From the NCBI GenBank assembly GCA_043750125.1, contig JAYVCD010000150.1, positions 1 to 15,608 on the forward strand: a stretch of DNA of 15,608 nucleotides, in the 5' to 3' direction. The stretch is from Archangiaceae bacterium (GTDB taxonomy: Bacteria > Myxococcota > Myxococcia > Myxococcales > Myxococcaceae). Every line of letters begins with the position of its first letter. Within the stretch, counting starts at the first letter, position 1. The notes beneath the pieces are model-generated. The model was not told where the DNA came from, searched no databases, and was given only the letters and a program-made list of their open reading frames with translations. This document shows, one piece after another, positions 9,831 to 15,608 of this stretch. The position numbers were made by a program, and so were the translations under genes.

Positions 9831-11507
9831 TTAACGCTCTGACAGCCGAGGCAGGCTGATGGAGAAAAGGGCGCCCGGGTCGGTTTCCCCACCGACTTCG
9901 AGGCGCCCGTTGTGTTCCTGGACGATGCGCGCCGCGATCGCGAGCCCCAGGCCGGTTCCCGAAGGCTTGGTGGTGACGTAGGGCTCGAAAAGCCGGGCCC
10001 GCAGCTCGAGCGGAATTCCAGGGCCCTCGTCCTTTACTTCGAGCACCGCACGCTCTGCGGTGCAGTGAACGCGCAGGGTGACCGCGCCGCCTTTGCCGGT
10101 CGCGGTCATCGCTTCCTCGGCGTTTTTGATCAGGTTCACCAGCACCTGGGTCAATTGGTCGCGATCTGCTTCAACGAAGACGCCTTCGACGAGCCTCGCC
10201 CCATAGGTCACCTCGGGCGAGCCGGCCGCCCCCACCGGGTGGGACGCATAGAGCGCGAGCACCTGGCGCACCAACTCCCCCAGGTCGACCCTCGTCAAAG
10301 TGGGACGGGGAAGCCGGGCGAAGCGCGAGAACGCGTCGACGATTCTCGTCAGTCGGTCGACCTCTTCGAGCACCGCGACGGCGCCCTCTTTGAACAGCGA
10401 CTTGAACTGGGGGTTGTCCTTGTCACTGGCGGCGACCAGCGTCTCGAGCGACATCCGAATCGGGGTGAGCGGGTTTTTGATCTCGTGCGCGACACGGCGG
10501 GCCACTTCCTGCCAGGCGGCGATGCGCTCACTGGCCACCAGCTTGTCGGTGGTGGCCTTCAGGTCGACGGTCATCTGGTTGAAGGTCTGGACCAGGGCTT
10601 TGAGCTCGCCCGTGGCGCGCTCTTCGACCCGAACGTTGAGCTCGCCGCTCGCGATGCGACGGGCGGCTTCGGTCAGTGCCTCGACCGGCCGGGTGACGCG
10701 CCGGGAAAGGGCGAAGCCGACGCCTACCGACAGCAGCAAACCCAGGGCCGCGAGGGCGAGGAACGCGCGCAGCACTTCCTGGCGGGTGGCGATCAGATCC
10801 GCGCGCGAGAAGAACAAGCGCAGCTCGGCCACCGGCGCCCACGAAAGTGTCCGCAGCGTGGTCGGTTCGGCCGCGCTGCCGGCGGTGGCGAGCCGATGGT
10901 CCTGGCTCCACACCTCGACCCGGGCGCCGGTGAGCCGAGCCAGCTGGGTGGCGACCTGCTCGTCGAGCAGACTTCCTCCGACGGCCCAGACGCGGGTGTC
11001 GCCGTAGTCGAGCGCGCGGGACGTGACGAGGGCGGGCCGGGTGTGAAGGCCGGTCTCATCGCGCAGCTCGACCTGCACCGGGACCAGGGTGCGATTGGCC
11101 TGGGTGGCGCTGAACAACGCCTCGTCGAGATCTCCCAGTCGGGCCGGCAGATGTCCCGACGACAGGGTGCGGCCGTCGGCATCGAACAAGCTCAACACCG
11201 AAAGCCCGCGGGGAATCATCAAGGCCCCCGCCGCCGACGTGAGCGCCGGAGGGGGAGGAGTCTTCGCCGCGTCGCGGGCCGCGTCTTCGAGCGCAGGGCT
11301 CGAGGCCAGCTCGTCCATCGCGCGCTGGACGTCGGCGCCCAGCCGTTGCACCGTGGCTTCGACGGCCACCATCTGCTGATCGATGCGGCTGTCTTGCTGC
11401 CGCTGCAGCAGGGCCGAGAGGTTGCGCAGCGCGACCGGTACCACCGCCGCGACCTGCAGCAGCGACAGCCCGAGGAACGCCACCGCCAGCGTGGTGCGCA
11501 GCCGCAT
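9831..11507 (-). CDS. Membrane sensor histidine kinase (NtrY-like; TM, periplasmic sensor, TM, HAMP, HisKA, HATPase_c)
   Basis: 558 aa with two TM segments. HAMP (RPVEALTEAARRIASGEL...ELKALVQTFNQM), H-box AWQEVARRVAHEIKNPLTPI, N-box QVLVNLIKNAEEA, G1 DEGPGI, F-box LFEPYVTTK, G2 GTGLGL. Confidence 0.95.
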   Translation of the reverse strand: MRLRTTLAVAFLGLSLLQVAAVVPVALRNLSALLQRQQDSRIDQQMVAVEATVQRLGADVQRAMDELASSPALEDAARDAAKTPPPPALTSAAGALMIPRGLSVLSLFDADGRTLSSGHLPARLGDLDEALFSATQANRTLVPVQVELRDETGLHTRPALVTSRALDYGDTRVWAVGGSLLDEQVATQLARLTGARVEVWSQDHRLATAGSAAEPTTLRTLSWAPVAELRLFFSRADLIATRQEVLRAFLALAALGLLLSVGVGFALSRRVTRPVEALTEAARRIASGELNVRVEERATGELKALVQTFNQMTVDLKATTDKLVASERIAAWQEVARRVAHEIKNPLTPIRMSLETLVAASDKDNPQFKSLFKEGAVAVLEEVDRLTRIVDAFSRFARLPRPTLTRVDLGELVRQVLALYASHPVGAAGSPEVTYGARLVEGVFVEADRDQLTQVLVNLIKNAEEAMTATGKGGAVTLRVHCTAERAVLEVKDEGPGIPLELRARLFEPYVTTKPSGTGLGLAIAARIVQEHNGRLEVGGETDPGALFSISLPRLSER

Positions 11508-11509
11508 CT

Positions 11510-12820
11510 TCAGTCCGACCCCAGAAAGACCGAGTCGAGCATCGGCAGCCCCTGCGCGTCGGTCTTCAGGTTTTGAACGTCCTTCGAGGCTTGAATCCCC
11601 AGCGCCTGCGCGTAGAGCGGAATCAGCGGCAGCTCGGTGAACAGCCGCTGGGCCAGGCTCTGGGCTGCACGGGCCCGGGCCTTGTCGTCGGAAATCGCGC
11701 CCAGCGAAGAAAGGTTCGGGCCGAGCAGGTCATGGCGGCCTCCCAGCTCGAGGGCGAGCGCGATCGCCAGCGAGGCGGTCGGAGGGACGAGCACCGACTG
11801 CAGCAGCAAATCGAAGTCGGTCTTCAGGCGCAGCTGGGCGCGCGTCAGGGGCTTGAGCGCGATGCGGTACCCCGAGGCGTGCAGCTTCACCTGCAGCCGT
11901 TCAGCGACGGCGCGGTGATCAACCAGGGCCGCGTCGTAGGCGAGGGTGAGCTCCCGAGGCGGCGCCAGCGGCGCGGGTTTGGGCAGTCGCGACGGCTCGG
12001 CCATTCCCGTCGCGAGCGGCGGCGGCAGCAGCTGGGGCATCGGAGCGGCAGGGGGGAGCACGAAGAAGCGGATCAAGTCCGTTCGCTCGATCGCCGCCTC
12101 GAACGCGGCGCGAAAATCGGGCCCGGTGCGCACCGGGTTGAAGGCGAGGAACGTCGCGTAGAGCAGTGCGTCGTCGCTGGCCGACGCGCTCAGCCCGAGC
12201 GCGAGGTGGGTCTTGTGTTGCTGCAGCAGCCGTTCGGCAGTGCGGGCGTCGGTGGACGCGACGGTGAGCGCGTCGGTGAACGGCCGGCCCTCGGGGAACG
12301 AGGTGTTGGCGCTGAAGACCTGGTTGACGAGGCGATAGGGGCCGATGCCCAAAGGAGCCAGCGCGGGGTGGCACAGCGCGCGCTCGAAGTCGGGGAAGGC
12401 AAAGGCCAGGGTGAGCTCGGTGGCGGTGGCGCTCTTCAGCGCCGCGAGAAGGGCGCGATAGGGCGAGGTGCCCGCGGCGATGCGGGTCAAGTGGGCGGCC
12501 ACTTCAGCAGCAGACAGCTCGGGGCCGTTGGCTCGGACCAGCCCCGCTCGCAGCACCGCTCGAACGGTGGTGGGCGTGGGGTTGAACAGCTCGCTGGCCA
12601 GAACCGGGGTCAGGGTGCCCGACGATTCGAGCCGGCACAGGGGGCGGTTGAGCAGCGAATTGAGCGTGGCCTCGAGCGGGGTGTCTGCCAGCAGCGGGTC
12701 GGTCTGGGTCGCCTTCAGCGGGGTGGCGATCTTCAGCGTGCCGCCATATCGAGCGCGAGAGGCAGGCAGCGCGGGGAAGGCGATCAGCACCCCTAAAATC
12801 CACACTGAAGCCCGGCTCAC
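11510..12820 (-). CDS. Family-5 (peptide/nickel-type) solute-binding-like periplasmic protein
   Basis: GTG 12820 overlaps the upstream TGA (GTGA). Signal-like N-terminus followed by RARYGGTLKIA, DPLL, LTPVLA, GIGPY, AIERTDL, AVAERLQVKL and ELPLIPLY, which are motifs of SBP_bac_5-type proteins. 436 aa, shorter than typical OppA/DppA. Confidence 0.75.
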   Translation of the reverse strand: MSRASVWILGVLIAFPALPASRARYGGTLKIATPLKATQTDPLLADTPLEATLNSLLNRPLCRLESSGTLTPVLASELFNPTPTTVRAVLRAGLVRANGPELSAAEVAAHLTRIAAGTSPYRALLAALKSATATELTLAFAFPDFERALCHPALAPLGIGPYRLVNQVFSANTSFPEGRPFTDALTVASTDARTAERLLQQHKTHLALGLSASASDDALLYATFLAFNPVRTGPDFRAAFEAAIERTDLIRFFVLPPAAPMPQLLPPPLATGMAEPSRLPKPAPLAPPRELTLAYDAALVDHRAVAERLQVKLHASGYRIALKPLTRAQLRLKTDFDLLLQSVLVPPTASLAIALALELGGRHDLLGPNLSSLGAISDDKARARAAQSLAQRLFTELPLIPLYAQALGIQASKDVQNLKTDAQGLPMLDSVFLGSD

Positions 12821-14007
12821 GGAGCCACCCTTCGAGCGACGTGCAGCTCGCCGGTGCCATCTGTAAGCCACGAGCCGAGCACCACTTCATCTGCCCCATC
12901 GCCGTCGAGGTCGCCCGCCGCGCTGACCAGAACGCGCCCCCGGGGAGTCACGCCGGACCAGAGCGCGGGGGCCTCGGACAGCGCCCCGGCGCGCGCAGCG
13001 ATGGCCTCGATCGCCGCAATCGAAACCACCCGCACCTCATCGCCGTCGGGAAAAAAGCGGGTCGAGGTGGTCAGCAACTCGACGGCCCCGTCGCCATCGA
13101 GATCCGCGAGCACCGCCGCGCTGGGGGCGGCGGAAAAAAAGGTGGTGGGAGGCAGGCCCCGGGTCAGTGCCCCGGAGCCATTGCCGAAGAGGAACAGCGA
13201 CAACCCCGTGCGCGAGCTCGTCGCGGTCAGCCCAAAGGGAAGGGTGACCGGTTTTCCAGACAGCGCGACTTCGGGCGCAAAGGCGTTGGTGCCCGGCAGA
13301 AGGTGGACGCTCACCCCGTCGACTGAGAGTTCATCGGTGGGTCCGGCCGGCTTGAGCGTCCCGGCCGCGAACGAAAGTGTCTCTCCGTGGGCGCGCCGGC
13401 CTGAGAGCCAGGCGACGCGTCCGGGTTGAAGCATCAGCGCTCCGAAGGACTCGCGGCTGGGCCGCAACGAAACAGGAAGGCTGCGCAAATCGAAGCGCGC
13501 GAGGCTGTGACCTTCTGCAGAGAGCACCAGCACCTCGTCGTCGGTGAGGACCACGATTTCAGGGTGCTTGTCGCCATCGAGGTCGGCGATTGCGATCGCT
13601 GCCGGGGGCGAAGAGAGCCTGGCGAGGATTCCCAGCTGAAGCTTCAAGGGCGCGGCCGAAGTCAGCGGGGGGCCGGCGGTCGACGCGAGCGTCAACGCTT
13701 GAAGATCTGCCTCGACGACCGCGGCGATCGCCGCCGCCGGGCCCGAACGCGTGGGTGTCTGGCCCGCCCAGAAATTGACCCAGGTGTGCAGCACGTCTCC
13801 CCGCGCGACGACGCGGGAATTCTCGAGCGTGAGCACGACGCGAATTAGAGCTCTCAAATCTTTCTCGCGCGCCACCCGCTCTGCCGCCGCAGGGCCTGGG
13901 GCGTCGAGTACGACCGCAGACAGGTGCCGGGTCGCCAGCTGGGCCGCCAGCAACGAGCCGAACGCCCGCGACAGCGCGGCGGTGGAAGCTTCGACGTGCA
14001 CCGCCAC
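12817..14007 (-). CDS. FG-GAP/VCBS-repeat protein (true start probably upstream, about 14121-14133)
   Basis: Three DxDGD motifs (ADLDGDKHPEIVV, ADLDGDGAVELL, GDLDGDGADEVVL). 14007 is the first canonical start, but the frame stays open to 14163 and includes a signal-peptide-like segment. Confidence 0.8.
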   Translation of the reverse strand: MAVHVEASTAALSRAFGSLLAAQLATRHLSAVVLDAPGPAAAERVAREKDLRALIRVVLTLENSRVVARGDVLHTWVNFWAGQTPTRSGPAAAIAAVVEADLQALTLASTAGPPLTSAAPLKLQLGILARLSSPPAAIAIADLDGDKHPEIVVLTDDEVLVLSAEGHSLARFDLRSLPVSLRPSRESFGALMLQPGRVAWLSGRRAHGETLSFAAGTLKPAGPTDELSVDGVSVHLLPGTNAFAPEVALSGKPVTLPFGLTATSSRTGLSLFLFGNGSGALTRGLPPTTFFSAAPSAAVLADLDGDGAVELLTTSTRFFPDGDEVRVVSIAAIEAIAARAGALSEAPALWSGVTPRGRVLVSAAGDLDGDGADEVVLGSWLTDGTGELHVARRVAP

Positions 14008-14163
14008 CGGGGCCTCGAGTGTTGCGCGCGCCGCCTGCTCGACGACAGTGCGCGCAAGTCGATCGAGCGCCGGCTCGGGATCTACGGGAGCACCATGCAG
14101 AATGAGGAGGACGAGCAGCAGAGGCGAATTGAGCCGAGTGGGGGTTTGAAAGTCTGGTCTGGG

Positions 14164-15608
14164 TTACTGCCGCTTCCCGTCGTGCAGCAGATAGTCGTTC
14201 GGGTCCACCTGGCCCGGGGGAGGCGCGTTGGCCGTCGGCGCCGTCCCTTCGAGAAACCACTCGATCCGCCCCGGCACCGCCTTGCCCGCCAGCAGCCCGC
14301 TGACCGGATCAATGCGGGCGATTGCGACTCCCGGCGGAGGCTCGAAGTCGTGCACCGGCAGTCCCTGGTGGGCGACCTTCATGAACTCGAGCCACAACGG
14401 CAGCGCCGCCTTCCCGCCCGTCTCGCCCGGCCCCAACGGGCTGTGGTCATCGAACCCAACCCACGCCGTCGCGACGAGCTCGGTGGTGTAGCCGCTGAAC
14501 CAGGCGTCGCGGAATTCCTGGGCGGTGCCGGTTTTTCCTGCCGCGGGGCGGTCGAGCTCTTTGACTGCCGTGGCGGTGCCTTCCTCGACCACGCTTCGCA
14601 TCATCGAAGTCGTCAGGAACGCGACCGCCGGAGGCAGCGTCTCTTCGAACGAAGCGTGATGCTCTTCGAGGACCGTGCCTTTGCTGTCGGCGACCCGCAC
14701 CAGCATCACCGGCTCGGCGTACTTCCCCATCGATTGCAGCGTCGCATAGGCGTTTGCCATCTCGAGCAGCACCACTTCACCCGTGCCGAGCGCGAGCGTG
14801 AGGTTGTCCGGCATCTGCGAATGGATTCCCGCTTTTTGCGCAAAGTCGGTCACTGTCGCCGGAGTCAGCGCTTCGATCAGTCGCACCGAGACGGTGTTCT
14901 TCGACTTGGTGAGGGCCTGCCGCAGCGTCATCGGACCTTCGAAGCCGCCCTGCTCATAGTTCTTCGGCTTCCACGATTTTCCGGTGTACGGGTCGCGCAC
15001 GGTTTCGGGAGCATCGTTCAACACGCTCTGGGTGGTGAAGCGCCCACTGCCCACTGCGGCTCCGTAGAGGAAGGGCTTGAATGAAGAGCCGGGCTGACGA
15101 AGCGCCTGGATCGCGCGATTGAAAGGCGAGATGGCGAAGTCATAGCCCCCGACCATCGCGACCACGGTGCGGTCGACGGGGTTGATCGCCAGCAGCGCCC
15201 CTTGCACCACCGGGATCTGGCAGAGCGTGGCCTCGTTGCCTTTGCCCACCCGCACTCGCACCAGCTCTCCCAGCTTCAAGACCTCGGACATTCTCAGCGG
15301 CGCCGCGCCAATCTTTCCATCTGGGCTGCGCGGCTTGGCCCACGCCACGCTGGCGAAGGGCAGCTGAACCGCGCGCCCGACGAGATCGACGGTGGCCATC
15401 GCCTTCTTGTCGTCGACCGCGCTGACGAAACCGACGGTCTCAACGCTTTCGCCAAACGACTTCAGCACCACCGCGCGCACCAGCTTCTCGTCCTCGGTCG
15501 GAACGGGCTCGTCCGGGTCGGCGACCTCGTCGGGGTCGGCGCGTGGGTCGATGCCCGGCTCGACCACCGGGGGGGCCGAGGCCAGCGGCGTGAGGTCGGC
15601 GATCAGCA
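14164..15608 (-). CDS. mrcA: Penicillin-binding protein 1A (class A PBP), 5' part outside the window
   Basis: Transpeptidase motifs RQPGSSFKPF (SxxK), SKN (SxN) and GKTGT (KTG). Also VQGALLAI, MVGGYDF..FNRA.QA.RQPGS, DAWFSGYT, and an OB-like insertion (FASVAWAKP...LKLGELVRV) typical of PBP1A. The frame is open to the window end. Confidence 0.93.
   Translation of the reverse strand, partial: LIADLTPLASAPPVVEPGIDPRADPDEVADPDEPVPTEDEKLVRAVVLKSFGESVETVGFVSAVDDKKAMATVDLVGRAVQLPFASVAWAKPRSPDGKIGAAPLRMSEVLKLGELVRVRVGKGNEATLCQIPVVQGALLAINPVDRTVVAMVGGYDFAISPFNRAIQALRQPGSSFKPFLYGAAVGSGRFTTQSVLNDAPETVRDPYTGKSWKPKNYEQGGFEGPMTLRQALTKSKNTVSVRLIEALTPATVTDFAQKAGIHSQMPDNLTLALGTGEVVLLEMANAYATLQSMGKYAEPVMLVRVADSKGTVLEEHHASFEETLPPAVAFLTTSMMRSVVEEGTATAVKELDRPAAGKTGTAQEFRDAWFSGYTTELVATAWVGFDDHSPLGPGETGGKAALPLWLEFMKVAHQGLPVHDFEPPPGVAIARIDPVSGLLAGKAVPGRIEWFLEGTAPTANAPPPGQVDPNDYLLHDGKRQ

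Noticed and set aside
12821-12871. ORF-track start of the SBP gene at 12871
   Set aside because: It overlaps the FG-GAP gene by 55 bp. GTG 12820 gives a GTGA junction and an immediate signal peptide.
9912-15084. Long plus-strand ORFs 9912-11576, 11573-12796 and 13924-15084
   Set aside because: They mirror the minus-strand kinase, SBP and PBP1A genes, which carry the real motifs.

Overview
High-GC, gene-dense chromosomal window whose protein families point to a myxobacterium (Myxococcota; inferred). It holds 11 CDSs, two truncated by the window edges. Left: two divergently transcribed, signal-peptide-bearing HEAT-repeat genes; the second is coupled to a DUF1460 (NlpC/P60-related, amidase-like) gene. 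Next come a small DUF2007-like gene and an MXAN_5187-family membrane protein. Centre: a sigma54 module consisting of a -24/-12 promoter, a ~1255-aa enhancer-binding protein (STAND-type NTPase + TPR + AAA+ GAFTGA + Fis HTH, with no receiver, GAF or kinase domain), a second -24/-12 promoter and an 89-aa lipoprotein. Right (minus strand): a tightly packed run of PBP1A, an FG-GAP/VCBS protein, a family-5 solute-binding-like protein without transporter subunits, and an orphan NtrY-like histidine kinase. I saw no RNA genes, CRISPR arrays or mobile elements. The best leads are the STAND-TPR-sigma54 activator/lipoprotein module and a possible peptidoglycan-linked sensing operon.
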